Shown: piece after piece, positions 19,875 to 30,488 of the stretch
Position numbering within the stretch: the stretch's first letter is position 1
Layout of the letters: each line of letters opens with the position of its first letter
NCBI GenBank assembly: GCA_963692865.2
Contig: OY843592.1
Coordinates: 224,001-288,000, forward strand
Direction of reading: 5' to 3'
Source of the DNA: a bacterium
GTDB taxonomy: Bacteria > UBA8248
Length of the DNA: 64,000 nucleotides
Translations under genes and position numbers: made by a program
The notes under the pieces: generated by a model
The model's database searches: none
Seen by the model: only the letters and a program-made list of their open reading frames with translations
What the model was told of the DNA's origin: nothing

Positions 19875-20660
19875 ATGCCCACAGAATTATCTTCTTCACG
19901 AAAATTGCGCTCTCTGATGGACATCTCTCCCGGCGATATGGTCTGCGTCATGGGCGCCGGCGGCAAGGCCACGCTCATGAAACGACTCATCCGGGAGATG
20001 CTCGATGAGCCCTTTCCCGTCATCATCACCAGTACGACGAACCTCCACGCACTGGGCGGCGAAGACACACCACCCGTTCTGATGAGCGAGGAGGGTCGCG
20101 CAGAGCTGCAATCCGTCGCCCAAGACTGGTCGGGGCGCGGCGCCGTCGTCTGGGTGGAGAAAAAACTGCCCCAGAATATGTTTCGCGGCCTCGATGCGAG
20201 CCAGGTGGAAGCGCTGCACGCTTCGGGTTTTGACGGCGTGATGGTCGTGAAAACCGACGGCGCCAGGAAACGGCTCATCAAGGCCCCGGGAGCAGGTGAG
20301 CCGGTTATTCCCGAAGGGGCGACGCACTGCGTACTCGTGTTGGGACTGACCGCAATTGGACGAAAAGCGGATGAGCGCATCGTCCATCGCATGGAAAGGG
20401 TTCGTGCCATTGCTGATTTGAAGCCTGGAGAGTCCATCAAAGCGCACCATTTAACTATGTTGGCGAGTCACCCGGAGAGTTATCCTGGTCGGATTCCAAA
20501 AAGCGCAAAGCGGATACTCTACCTGAGCCATTGCACTTCCCCAAAAGCCCTTCAGGACGCACAAACGATATTCGAGGCTGCCCCGGACGGCATTTACGAT
20601 TACCTCCTCACGGGAGATTCTATTGCGGGAAATTTTTACAGCAGGGGGCAAGACCAATGA
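19875..20660 (+). CDS. yqeC: Selenium-dependent Mo-hydroxylase accessory protein YqeC-like
   Basis: GAGGKAT, VIITSTT, DGARKRLIKAP..EPVIP, and VLGLTAIG match the YqeC pattern (canonical EADG is KTDG here). Confidence 0.8.
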   Translation: MPTELSSSRKLRSLMDISPGDMVCVMGAGGKATLMKRLIREMLDEPFPVIITSTTNLHALGGEDTPPVLMSEEGRAELQSVAQDWSGRGAVVWVEKKLPQNMFRGLDASQVEALHASGFDGVMVVKTDGARKRLIKAPGAGEPVIPEGATHCVLVLGLTAIGRKADERIVHRMERVRAIADLKPGESIKAHHLTMLASHPESYPGRIPKSAKRILYLSHCTSPKALQDAQTIFEAAPDGIYDYLLTGDSIAGNFYSRGQDQ

Positions 20661-21814
20661 TCGGCGCGGCCACCATCAGAAAAGCGCTTGAAGCCAGACA
20701 AGAGGAAATCATCGAGCAAATCGCCCACGTGGTAAGCATCGATTCTCCGACGTTTCCCAGTACTGGAACGAACGCCGTCTCCTCCCATTTCGCTGAAAAA
20801 TATCGCGCCATGGGAGCTGACGTAGAGATGATACCCGGCACGCACGAAACGGGAGATCATCTTTTGGCGACGTTCCATGGCGCAAGAAAAGATGGGCCCA
20901 AAATTTTTTTAATCGGACATTGCGACACCGTTTTTCCGGAAGGAACCGCCACCCAAAGGCCGTTCACCATCAGGGACGGGATTGCCTACGGCCCCGGGGT
21001 GGCCGACATGAAGGGGTGTCTGGTGGTATGTCTATCCGCGATGGAAGCGCTACTGGCCGCAGGATTCGAGGATTTCGGGAAAATTCAGATTTTATACGAC
21101 ACCGATGAGGAACGTGGGAATCCTTCCTCCAGAGAAGTGATAGAGCAAATTGGAAAAGACGCCTCCGCCGCGTTGGTCATCGAGTCTGGGCGCGCAAACG
21201 GCTCCATCGTATCTTCGAGAAAAGGAAGTTGCTACGGAAAATTGACTGTCAATGGCGTCTCGGCCCATGCAGGGGTAGATCCTCAAAAAGGGAGAAGCGC
21301 CGTGCATGAACTCGCCCATAAAATACTAGCCATTCAAAACCTGGAGCAAATTGGCGGAACCATCAATATCACCGGTTTATCGGGTGGAGACAGGCCGCAT
21401 ATTGTGGCGGATGAGGCTACCTGCCACGTAGAGATGCGTGCAGAGCGGCAGCCAACCCTCGACTCCATGACGGATGAACTGCGCCGCATTATTTCCGATT
21501 CGCACATCGACGGGACACGTTCAAGATTTGAAAAAATCAGCGGGAGGCCAGCCATGGAATGCAACCATGCGACGGAAAAGCTTTTGTCTACTGCTGCGGA
21601 AATCGCCCATGATGCGGGCGTCAAACTTCAGCATGGCCCTACCGGCGGGGGTTCGGATGGGAATTATCTCTCTCCGCTTGGAGTTGCGGTTCTCGATGGG
21701 CTGGGCCCTGTAGGTGGAAATCTGCATACAGAGGAGGAATACTTGGAACTCGACTCCATAGTTCCTCGAGGCGCGCTGCTTGGCGGGTTGGTCGAGCGCT
21801 TATCTTCTGAATAA
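20657..21814 (+). CDS. M20-family metallopeptidase (carboxypeptidase G2-like)
   Basis: GHCDTV, ADMKG, DEE, AHAG, GGSDGN, HTEEE. Confidence 0.9.
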   Translation: MIGAATIRKALEARQEEIIEQIAHVVSIDSPTFPSTGTNAVSSHFAEKYRAMGADVEMIPGTHETGDHLLATFHGARKDGPKIFLIGHCDTVFPEGTATQRPFTIRDGIAYGPGVADMKGCLVVCLSAMEALLAAGFEDFGKIQILYDTDEERGNPSSREVIEQIGKDASAALVIESGRANGSIVSSRKGSCYGKLTVNGVSAHAGVDPQKGRSAVHELAHKILAIQNLEQIGGTINITGLSGGDRPHIVADEATCHVEMRAERQPTLDSMTDELRRIISDSHIDGTRSRFEKISGRPAMECNHATEKLLSTAAEIAHDAGVKLQHGPTGGGSDGNYLSPLGVAVLDGLGPVGGNLHTEEEYLELDSIVPRGALLGGLVERLSSE

Positions 21815-21831
21815 GGCCGACTCGGGATTTC

Positions 21832-23073
21832 CTACCCTTCCAAGGGAATTCCGACTTCGGAACGGGGTTTGGGTCCCGCAACCACCCCAGCATCAAGCAA
21901 GTTATCTATCTTCTCGTCGCTGAATCCCAGGAAACCTGACAAAATCTCGCGGGTATGCTCGCCGTGCAAAGGGGCCGGTCCTTGCACCTTGCCCGGATGC
22001 TCGGAAAATTTGGGGGGAACACCGGTAGTGTTCATTTTACCCAGAAGCGTATGGTTCGTTTCCACCACCATCTCTCTGTGACGAACCTGCTCATCTTCGA
22101 GCGCTTCGCCGACATCATAAACCGGGCCGCAGGGAATCCCTTTTTCCTCCAGTAATTTCAGCCACTCATCCCCGTTTCGTCTGCAGAGATACCGCTCCAA
22201 TATGGGGATGAGCTGATCGCGATTTTTCGCGCGGTTCGGGATGTCGACAAATCTCGGATCATTCGCCAGTTCAGGGGCCTCAATGATATCACAGAAATAA
22301 CCCCAGAACCGATCGCTCGTCACCCCGATGATGATTTCCTTATCCTTGGCCTTGAGCGCCTGATAGGGAACGATTTGAAAATGGGCCGAACCCCACCTCT
22401 CGCTCATGCTGCCATCCATGAAATAGCAGCCGCTCAGGTTGGTGAGCAGAGACACGCTGCTGTCGAGAAGAGACAGATCGATGTATTGCCCCCTGCCCGT
22501 CTTCTCCCTGGCGAACAATGCGCTGCTTACGCTATAAGCCGCCCACATGCCCGCCGTGAGGTCGCTGAGCGGAACCCCGGCCTTGCAAGGTCCGCCGTCG
22601 GGTTCGCCCGTTGCGCTCATGATGCCGCTCATCGCCTGGCCGACGATGTCAAAACCCGCGCGTTCCCGATAAGGGCCCGTCTGTCCGAAGCCGGAGACGG
22701 ACACGTATATCAATCTAGGATTCAAGGCGGATAGCGTCTCATACCCGACGCCCAGGCGCTCCACGACGCCGGGGCGAAAATTCTCGACAACCACGTCCGC
22801 CTTTTTTGCTATGGCGCGGGCAATCTCGAGGCCTTCGCTTTTTTTGAGATCGACCACGATACTCTTCTTGCCGTGGTTCACACCCAAGAAATAGGCGCTT
22901 TCTCCTTTCTTGAAAGGAGGGCCCCAGGTGCGGGTTTCATCGCCGTTTCCGGGAGATTCGAGCTTGATGATTTCCGCACCCAGATCCGAGAGCATCGTAG
23001 TGCAAAATGGCCCGGCGAGGATTCGGGACAAGTCCAACACGCGAATTCCCTTCAATGGTCCCTGTGCGTTCAT
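21832..23073 (-). CDS. CaiB/BaiF family III CoA-transferase
   Basis: LKGIRVLDLSRILAGP, ADVVVENFRPG, GFGQTGP. Confidence 0.93.
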   Translation of the reverse strand: MNAQGPLKGIRVLDLSRILAGPFCTTMLSDLGAEIIKLESPGNGDETRTWGPPFKKGESAYFLGVNHGKKSIVVDLKKSEGLEIARAIAKKADVVVENFRPGVVERLGVGYETLSALNPRLIYVSVSGFGQTGPYRERAGFDIVGQAMSGIMSATGEPDGGPCKAGVPLSDLTAGMWAAYSVSSALFAREKTGRGQYIDLSLLDSSVSLLTNLSGCYFMDGSMSERWGSAHFQIVPYQALKAKDKEIIIGVTSDRFWGYFCDIIEAPELANDPRFVDIPNRAKNRDQLIPILERYLCRRNGDEWLKLLEEKGIPCGPVYDVGEALEDEQVRHREMVVETNHTLLGKMNTTGVPPKFSEHPGKVQGPAPLHGEHTREILSGFLGFSDEKIDNLLDAGVVAGPKPRSEVGIPLEG

Positions 23074-23334
23074 CACCCCATCCTGAGTAACAAGCAAGAA
23101 GATTTTTGCGAATGTATAGAATGTGCAAAGACGCGGGGCAGTCTGTCAAGGAATCTTGATGAAATTCAGCGTGCATTTCCCGGCATCTGGATGTCGTCAA
23201 AAAAGCCTCTGCGAATTCGCGCAGACGCGTAGGACGAGAAGCGCAAACTCCAAGACCCGGTTCGAAAAAAGGACCAGCTCTCAACAAGGGAGCGCTTGGC
23301 TCATGCGGTGCGCCACCCATTCATGACGAAAATT

Positions 23335-24363
23335 TCAGGCAGAAAAATGCTCCCAGGCGAGATTTTCCAGCGCGAAAATCCCATCTGCGCGTTTGAGGGA
23401 AATCCCTTCAGGAGCCGGTACTATTTCTCCGATGGGGGTGAGCGGCGCCCCTCTCGATTGTCGGACGACTTCCTGAAGCGTTCCTACGGATTCAGCGGGC
23501 GTCGTGACGAGAAGTTCGTAGTCTTCTCCGCCGTGCAGCGCCCACTCGCTGGGCTTTTTCTCGGCGACAGAGGCTACTTCGAGCAAGGTGCTGGAAACGG
23601 GTAATTCCGATTCCCAAAGGATAGCTCCCGTCCCGCTTGCCTCGCACAAGTGACGGATATCGCCCGCCAGCCCATCGCTGATGTCCATCATGGCGTTGGC
23701 CAGCCCCGATTCCGCGATAGCTACCCCCTCCGCAACACGGGGCCGCGGCTCAAACTGCGCGCGGGTGAGCGAGGCGCGCAAGTCTTCTCGGAATTGGATG
23801 TGCGGTGCGGAGGACAAGTGAAGCCCCGCTGCGGCATCGCCCAAATACCCTGTCACCAAAATCCTGTCTCCCACGTGAGCACCGCTTCGGAGAAGAACTT
23901 TCTCCTCCATCATTCCGCCGACGAGGAACACGTCGACGAACAAAGGACCACTCGTTCGCGTGACGTTTCCGCCCAATATCAAAATGTCGTACTGCTCCGA
24001 GAGCGCGCGGACCCCACCATACACGTCGTCAAGAAACGAAACGGGCGTCTCTTCGGGTATCCCCAATGAGATGAGAGCAAAACGCGGCTTTCCCCCCATT
24101 GCCGCCACGTCGCTCATGTTCACCGCCAGCGACTTGTAGCCCACGGCGAAACCGGAAACATCCCATGTGGACGGGAAATGCACGCCGCCGACCTGCGCAT
24201 CGCACGTCACAACCCAGCACTTCCCCTCTGCCGCCTTGATGACGGCCGCATCATCCCCGTTCCCGACGATGACGTCCGCATCGTTTCCGATCGAGCCGAG
24301 TTTGTTTCTCAGGCGTTCTATAAGGGCGAACTCGCCAATATCTCTCGCCGATCCTCCGCTCAT
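23335..24363 (-). CDS. thiL: Thiamine-monophosphate kinase
   Basis: GEFALI, GDDAA, NMSDVAAMGG, MDISDGL, GGEDYEL. Confidence 0.95.
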   Translation of the reverse strand: MSGGSARDIGEFALIERLRNKLGSIGNDADVIVGNGDDAAVIKAAEGKCWVVTCDAQVGGVHFPSTWDVSGFAVGYKSLAVNMSDVAAMGGKPRFALISLGIPEETPVSFLDDVYGGVRALSEQYDILILGGNVTRTSGPLFVDVFLVGGMMEEKVLLRSGAHVGDRILVTGYLGDAAAGLHLSSAPHIQFREDLRASLTRAQFEPRPRVAEGVAIAESGLANAMMDISDGLAGDIRHLCEASGTGAILWESELPVSSTLLEVASVAEKKPSEWALHGGEDYELLVTTPAESVGTLQEVVRQSRGAPLTPIGEIVPAPEGISLKRADGIFALENLAWEHFSA

Positions 24364-25004
24364 CTCCCCGCCCTCTCGATGCGCTTGCGCAACTCCCTGG
24401 TCGCGGCTTCAGGGTCGGACGCTCCCATCACCGCGCCGATAACGGCGACGCCCGAGGCGCCGGCTTCGATGACGGGTTCCACGTTCTCGGCGCCGATTCC
24501 CCCGATGGCGACGGCAGGCATGCCGGGGGCATGTTCGATTATCCGCCGGAATCCTTCCGGCCCGATCGGCGCCCTCGCATCGGCCTTGCTCCCCGTCGCA
24601 TATACAGGGCCTACACCGATATAATCCGCATTCTCGGCGGCGGCCCGCGATGCCCATTCGGGTTTTCCGGCTGTAACGCCATAAAACAACGTATCTCCCG
24701 CCATCGCCCTGGCCCTCGAAATCGGAAAATCCTCCTGCCCCAGATGCACCCCGTCCGCGCCACAGGCCATGGCAACGTCCACCCGATCGTTCACCGTAAA
24801 AGCGCAGCCGGTTCCTTCCAGAACCTCCCGCAGTTCATCCCCCAGGCGAATCATCTCTAAGCCGCTTAAGTTTTTCTCTCGAAGCTGTACCATGCCGGCC
24901 CCGTTCGTCGCGGCTGCCCGAACCGCGTCTTTCAGCTTCCATCCGGAAGCCTGTGACAATATCTCCCGGTCGGTGATGACTATCAGCGACAGGTCGAATT
25001 TCAT
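24360..25004 (-). CDS. thiE: Thiamine-phosphate synthase
   Basis: QLREK, NDRVDVA, GVHLGQED, AIGGI; overlaps the thiL start. Confidence 0.93.
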   Translation of the reverse strand: MKFDLSLIVITDREILSQASGWKLKDAVRAAATNGAGMVQLREKNLSGLEMIRLGDELREVLEGTGCAFTVNDRVDVAMACGADGVHLGQEDFPISRARAMAGDTLFYGVTAGKPEWASRAAAENADYIGVGPVYATGSKADARAPIGPEGFRRIIEHAPGMPAVAIGGIGAENVEPVIEAGASGVAVIGAVMGASDPEAATRELRKRIERAGR

Positions 25005-25194
25005 GGCGTCCTCCGAGAAAGCAAAAGCAAATCTACCACGTTGATAATGAAATACGACTACTATGACAAGCAAGACAATCCATGTTGAGGCATGCGTTCA
25101 TTTGTGAAGGAGACATCCAAAGATACCGAACGTATCTCTTGCACATTTCTTCTATGCTTGAGAACCTCCTCCCCTATCATCAGAGGAGGACGCC

Positions 25195-25794
25195 ATGAAC
25201 TGGATTCAACCCATTTCCCCGGATGACGCGGAGGGGGCCACAAAAGAAATCATCGATGACCTGCGCAAGACGGGAAAACCCATTCCCAGGATGTTTCTCG
25301 AGATGGGCTGGAGACCCGATATTCTGGCCGGGCGCGAAACGCTCCGCCGCGCCGTTCATGGCGGCTCGAGTCTCGGCACGAGGCGGGCGGAGTTGCTCGC
25401 TTTCTACGTGGCGGCCCACGGGGGGTGATACGGCTGAGCGATGAACCACGGGCAGTTGTTCCGTGACGAATGCGATGACGCCTCCACCGCCGAAGTGGCC
25501 GAGGTGCTGGACGACCCGAAGCGAGCGGGAATCCTCGACCCGGCGGACCGCGCCATGCTCGCCTATGCGGAGAAGTTCACCCACGCACCCCACCAAATGG
25601 AAAAAGCGGACATCGAGCGGCTCAGGGGCGCCGGCTTCAGTGAGGAGAACATCGTGGACATCATCGCGGCCGCGGCCTACAGAAACTTCGCCAATTCGAT
25701 CAACTACGCCTTTGGGCACGTGGAGCAAAATCCCGAAGGACCCGAAGAGTTGCAGACCACCATCCAGAGGTTGAAAAAGAAAATTCGTGGCTAA
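25195..25794 (+). CDS. AhpD/CMD-like peroxidase-related selenoprotein candidate with UxxU motif
   Basis: ORFs 25195-25428 and 25441-25794 are in one frame, joined by GGG TGA TAC GGC TGA GCG ATG AAC CAC = G-U-Y-G-U-A-M-N-H, matching the AhpD CxxC-x3-H motif. Downstream YAEKFT..P and GFSEENIVDI...NFANSI fit the family. Confidence 0.85.
25450..25468 (+). promoter_or_regulatory. Candidate bacterial SECIS hairpin (coordinates +/-3 nt)
   Basis: CACGG-GC-AGTT-GT-T-CCGTG: stem with a small G-U-containing loop, loop 16 nt after the second UGA and 25 nt after the first. Folded by eye. Confidence 0.55.
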
Positions 25795-26530
25795 CAAATC
25801 ATGCGCCCTTTCATCCATATCGTATGTGGGTCTGTTCATATCCGGCGCTTGCGCGCTGGCCGCCATGGCGTCCGGGCTGGGCCATCGCTGGGAATTGTGG
25901 CATTTCAGCACGGGATTCCAGATTTTCAAGTCCGCATCCGTCATCGCGCTGCTCTCCGTTGTCGTATCCATGGCTGGAGGCCTGTTCGCCTTGCGCGACG
26001 CTTCCAGGCTCAAGACGTTGGCCGCCGCCCTTGGCATCGCATTGGGTTTCACCGTAGCGGGCTTCCTTCACGCGCACATGCAGATCGCGAGACGGGTGCC
26101 CAAGATCCACGACATCACGACGGACACCCAAAACCCTCCCGCTTTTCAAGCCGTCATTCCACTACGAAAAAATGCAAAAAACCCGCTCGTTTACGAAGGA
26201 ACACGCATCGCCCGGCTTCAGAAAAAAGCGTATCCGGACATCAAGTCACTTCCTTTCCAAATTTCAAAAGAAGAAGTTTTCAAACGCGCCCTGGACGCCG
26301 CGCACGCCATGGGTTGGCATGTGGTGTCATCCAAACCGACAGCAGGACGCATCGAGGCCTATGACACGACTTTCTGGTACGGCTTCATTGACGACATCGT
26401 CATACGGGTTACGTCGAGCAGTGGAACGACGCGCCTCGACATTCGCTCGAAATCCCGCGTGGGCGTAGGCGACATCGGTGCGAATGCCAGGCGAATTCGT
26501 GGATTTTTCGAGAAACTGAAAGTAAGATAG
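25787..26530 (+). CDS. DUF1499-family membrane protein
   Basis: Three TM segments; IHDITTD, YPDIK, GFIDDIVIRV, RSKSRVGVGDIGANARRI. Confidence 0.85.
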   Translation: MANKSCALSSISYVGLFISGACALAAMASGLGHRWELWHFSTGFQIFKSASVIALLSVVVSMAGGLFALRDASRLKTLAAALGIALGFTVAGFLHAHMQIARRVPKIHDITTDTQNPPAFQAVIPLRKNAKNPLVYEGTRIARLQKKAYPDIKSLPFQISKEEVFKRALDAAHAMGWHVVSSKPTAGRIEAYDTTFWYGFIDDIVIRVTSSSGTTRLDIRSKSRVGVGDIGANARRIRGFFEKLKVR

Positions 26531-26603
26531 ACTCAAAGTCGCAACTTCTGTCGGCGGGGATTCGTCGTGGAATAATGCCTTGCAAAGCGCGATGAGGGGT
26601 CAC

Positions 26604-28931
26604 ATGCCCGACTATGAGGTTCTAGGCAAGTCCATACCGAGGCTCGACTCTGCAGAGAAAGTTTCCGGATTCGCCGATTTCGGCGATGATTTGAGGAGGC
26701 CCGGCTGCCTCACCGCGAAATTGCTCCTGAGTCCCCACCCCCACGCCGAAATCAATAAAATCGACACCACCGATGCCTTGAAGATTCCCGGCGTGCGCGC
26801 CGTCGTCACGGCGGACGATTTTTCCGGCATCCGCCACGGCAGGCTCGTTCGCGATGAACCGCTGCTCGCCGTCGACAAGGTGCTTTACGTCGGCGAGCGC
26901 GTGGCCGCCGTGGCCGCCGAAACCCCCGAAGCCGCGCAAGCAGCACTCGCGAAAATTCATGTCGATTACAAGGTGCTCCCCTCCGTGTTCACGACGGACG
27001 ACGCCATGAAGGAAAACGCCCCGCTTCTGCACGACTCACTGGATGATTACGCATCGTTTCCGGGTATCGTCCGCTACGGAAACGTGGCCGCCGATATTCT
27101 CATCCGCTCCGGCGAACCCATAGAAACCGCGCTCGCGCGCGCGGATTTCGTATTCGAGGACGAATACGAAACGCCCCGCGTTCACCAGAACTATCTCGAA
27201 CCCCGCGCCATGCTTGCCGAGCCCGGACCCGAGGACAGCACGATAGTCTATTCGCCCACCCAGGCGGCTTTCGTGGTGCGCGCCATCGCCTCGGAGATAC
27301 TCGAACTTCCGATGAACAAACTGCGCGTCATAAGCACCCACGTGGGAGGCGCTTTTGGCGGCAAATCCCAACATTTGATGGAAGCCCTGGCTGTTCTTTT
27401 GAGTAGAAAGTCGAATAGGCCCGTTCAATTGACTCTCAATCGCGAGGAGGAAACCATCACCGGAAACCCGAGGCACGCTTACCGCATGCGCTATCGCACG
27501 GGCGTGACGCGGGAAGGGAAAATCATCGCGCGCCACGTGCAAATCACATCGAACAACGGCGCATATTGCATGACGGGACCCATGGTGTTGGGAAAATCCT
27601 GCTACACCAGCGCGGGGCCATACAAAATCCCGAACGTCAGGGTCGATGGTCTGCTCGTGTATACGAATCTTCCGCCCAGCGGCTCCTACCGGGGATTGGG
27701 CGTGGCGCAGGTCGCTTTCGCTTGCGAGCGCCATATCGACCGCATCGCTTCGGAACTGGAAATGGACCCGCTCGCCTTTCGAATCCTCAACGGGATGGAT
27801 GAAAACGACGAGGACCCCGCGGGCACGATTCTACAAAGCGTAAGCATCAAGGAAACGCTCGAGCGCGCGGGCAAGAAGGCGGGCTGGGGAAAGCAGAAAA
27901 AGGAAAACCAGAATGGCAGAATCAGGCGCGGGATGGGCATCGGCTGCGCTCGCTATCCCACGGGCGGGGGAGCGTCGGGAGCCGTGGTGAAAGTGAACGA
28001 GGACGGGGGCCTGGCCGTGCTGGCCGGGTGCGCCGATCTGGGTACGGGTGCGGCTACCGTGATGGCGCAGGTGGCGGCGGAAGTTCTTGGAGCCGAGATC
28101 CAAAAGGTGAGCGTCCGCATCGCCGACACCGAAACCACGCCCTTCGACGCCATCTCCGCGGGCAGCCGCACCACGTTCAACATGGCGCACGCCGTGCGCA
28201 TGGCGGCGGAAGACGCCCGCGAGCAAATGCTTCGCCAGGCGGCGCGCATACTCGAGTCCTCCCCCGAAGACCTGGACATCGGCGAAGAAAGCATATTCGT
28301 ACGGGCGGCGCCATCGCGCGCCATCGCGTTCGCCGAGGTGGCGTATTCGGCCGTATGGAAAGGCGACGGCCCCGTAACCGGCCGCGGCTCCTACCGCGGA
28401 GAGAATCCACCCCATCGCACGGACAACGTACGCGGACACCCGGAGCCCTCGAGGCCCGGGCCCGAATTCGCGACCCAAATCGCCGAAGTCGAAGTCGATA
28501 CCGAGACGGGAGAAACCAGAGTCCTGAGAATCACCAGCGCGCAGGATGTCGGCTTCGCCATGAACCCCCTCACCCTGAACGGACAGATAGAGGGCGGCAT
28601 CGCTCAGGGACTTGGCTGGGCTCTCGCAGAGCAGATACACGACGAAGAGGGTATCATCGAACATGCGGATTTTGAGAGCCAACTCAATCCCACCAGTCTG
28701 GACGTCTCGGAAATCGAAAGCGTGATCGTGGAATCACCCGACGTGGAAGGCCCCTACGGGGCCAAAGGGGCTGGTGAGATGCCGCTCATTCCGGCGGCGC
28801 CCGCAATTGCGAACGCGATCGCCGACGCCATCGGGGACCCGGCCAACCCGAACCTCAACAGGCTGCCGATTGCGCCGGAGGACGTCGTTCGCGCGGTTCG
28901 TGAAAAAAACACCGCCGAATCGTTTTCCTAG
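26604..28931 (+). CDS. Xanthine dehydrogenase/CoxL-family molybdopterin-binding subunit
   Basis: SPHPHA, GGAFGGK, YRGLG, GQIEGG, GAKGAGE. Confidence 0.93.
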   Translation: MPDYEVLGKSIPRLDSAEKVSGFADFGDDLRRPGCLTAKLLLSPHPHAEINKIDTTDALKIPGVRAVVTADDFSGIRHGRLVRDEPLLAVDKVLYVGERVAAVAAETPEAAQAALAKIHVDYKVLPSVFTTDDAMKENAPLLHDSLDDYASFPGIVRYGNVAADILIRSGEPIETALARADFVFEDEYETPRVHQNYLEPRAMLAEPGPEDSTIVYSPTQAAFVVRAIASEILELPMNKLRVISTHVGGAFGGKSQHLMEALAVLLSRKSNRPVQLTLNREEETITGNPRHAYRMRYRTGVTREGKIIARHVQITSNNGAYCMTGPMVLGKSCYTSAGPYKIPNVRVDGLLVYTNLPPSGSYRGLGVAQVAFACERHIDRIASELEMDPLAFRILNGMDENDEDPAGTILQSVSIKETLERAGKKAGWGKQKKENQNGRIRRGMGIGCARYPTGGGASGAVVKVNEDGGLAVLAGCADLGTGAATVMAQVAAEVLGAEIQKVSVRIADTETTPFDAISAGSRTTFNMAHAVRMAAEDAREQMLRQAARILESSPEDLDIGEESIFVRAAPSRAIAFAEVAYSAVWKGDGPVTGRGSYRGENPPHRTDNVRGHPEPSRPGPEFATQIAEVEVDTETGETRVLRITSAQDVGFAMNPLTLNGQIEGGIAQGLGWALAEQIHDEEGIIEHADFESQLNPTSLDVSEIESVIVESPDVEGPYGAKGAGEMPLIPAAPAIANAIADAIGDPANPNLNRLPIAPEDVVRAVREKNTAESFS

Positions 28932-30206
28932 TTTTTCAGTTCGAATTTCTCATCATAAATGTCAAAATTCGATGAAGCCGCGATGTTCCGGGCCTGCGTG
29001 ATGAGCTTGCGCGACAGATTCGAGATGTCGGGATTTTTGAGAAATTCAATGAAGAAATCGTAATAAAAAGCATCGGGCCGCACTTGGACACGCACCCTTA
29101 GCCTCGCCGCATCCTCTCTTCGTCCCCTCTTGTACCGAAACGTGATGGATTTTGGGGGAGGAATGCGCGTGTCATGGATTTCACGGCTGAAATCGGACGA
29201 GAGTTTCCGCTTTATCAAGTTGATTTGCCTCGAACCCGGAATGGTTCGCCCGTATTTATCCTCAAGTTCGGTGATCACATCCACGGAAGGCGTGATGCAG
29301 GTAGGAAAATAGTGGCCTGCTCCTGAATTCGTGAGCTCAATCTCGGCCGTCCCGATTTCCCCGTGCGCTTCCGCTCCCACCTTGACGTCTATCCGCACGG
29401 CGCCCTGGGTCATATCCTTGCCATGTATGCTCCGCCACAGATGCGCCCGCCCGGGCATGTGGCAATTCTGGCAGGCGACCCCTTCCTTGCCCCAAAGCGA
29501 GTTTTTCCATTCGTAATAGGCATTCTGAATCGATTTCCCGTTCGGCCCGGGAAACGCGTGCTGGTGACAACCCATGCAAAATTCAGAGCGGCTGAAAAAA
29601 AGCGTGCGCTCCACACCGGCATGCGGGCCATCGCTTGTTGTATCGTCTACGCCTTCGGGGGTCTCTTTCCTCCGGGATCATGTACGCGCCAATCACGTAC
29701 ATGGCATGCGGCGCAGGCCAGCCCGTGCATCTCCAGTTTCGGGTCGTGGACCGGGTTTTTCCGCCATCTCGAAAAAGAGTCCGCATCCAGCTTCGCGCGC
29801 TTTTGCTGTTCCGCCAAGGGCGCATGGCACTCGTTGCAGCTTTGTGCTTTCCCGGGATTCGTTTTCCACATATCGACGAACTGTCCATATATGCCCGGAC
29901 TCATCGCCCTGGCGTGAGGCGTGGTCCTCCATTACTTGTACCGCTCGGGATGACAACTCCCGCAACGCTCCGGCGAAAGAGAGCGTTCAGCGCCTTCGTA
30001 TGATTTCGGCGCCTCGCCTATGGGAGGCAACGGATAGCGGAAGTAATCGTTCACGAATTCCCGCCAATGCTTCCAGTTACCGGAAATCCTTTTTTTTCCG
30101 AAACTTGAACAGAGGGAAAGAAGAGGCTTTTTGACATCTTCCGGGAAAACGCCGGGAGAGTGAGAAAGAATATGGAAGCGATGAAGATCGCGAGTTTCAA
30201 GCGCAT
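28928..30206 (-). pseudogene. Disrupted multiheme c-type cytochrome (5 CxxCH)
   Basis: Signal peptide from ATG 30206; CGSCH, CNECH, CAACH, CMGCH, CQNCH across frames. In-frame TAA at 29932-29934; frameshifts near the T8 tract at 30090-30097 and near 29650. Confidence 0.8.
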
Positions 30207-30488
30207 TCCATGCTTCCTGCTCCGGCGGCTCGCCTGCTTGACCAGTTGCATTCCACCTGACGACACTCGTGCGGGCAAGTTCCTGAAAAAACCCGAGAAA
30301 TCGCAGCGCTGCCCCACGCCCAAATCTATTGTGGGCTTAAAGCCTTTTTTTCTCAACAGGCGCGTTGCCACATAAGGTTCATGGCTCACATCTCGGGAAA
30401 TGATATCACCCGGTATAGGTTTTACTTGCTTAATCGAATTGGATAGGGTCTGTCAGAACAATCGAACCAGACCCTACAATTCGGAGGC

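Noticed and set aside
23100-25190. TPP riboswitch for thiE-thiL
   Set aside because: No CTGAGA-containing aptamer core was recognised upstream of thiE.
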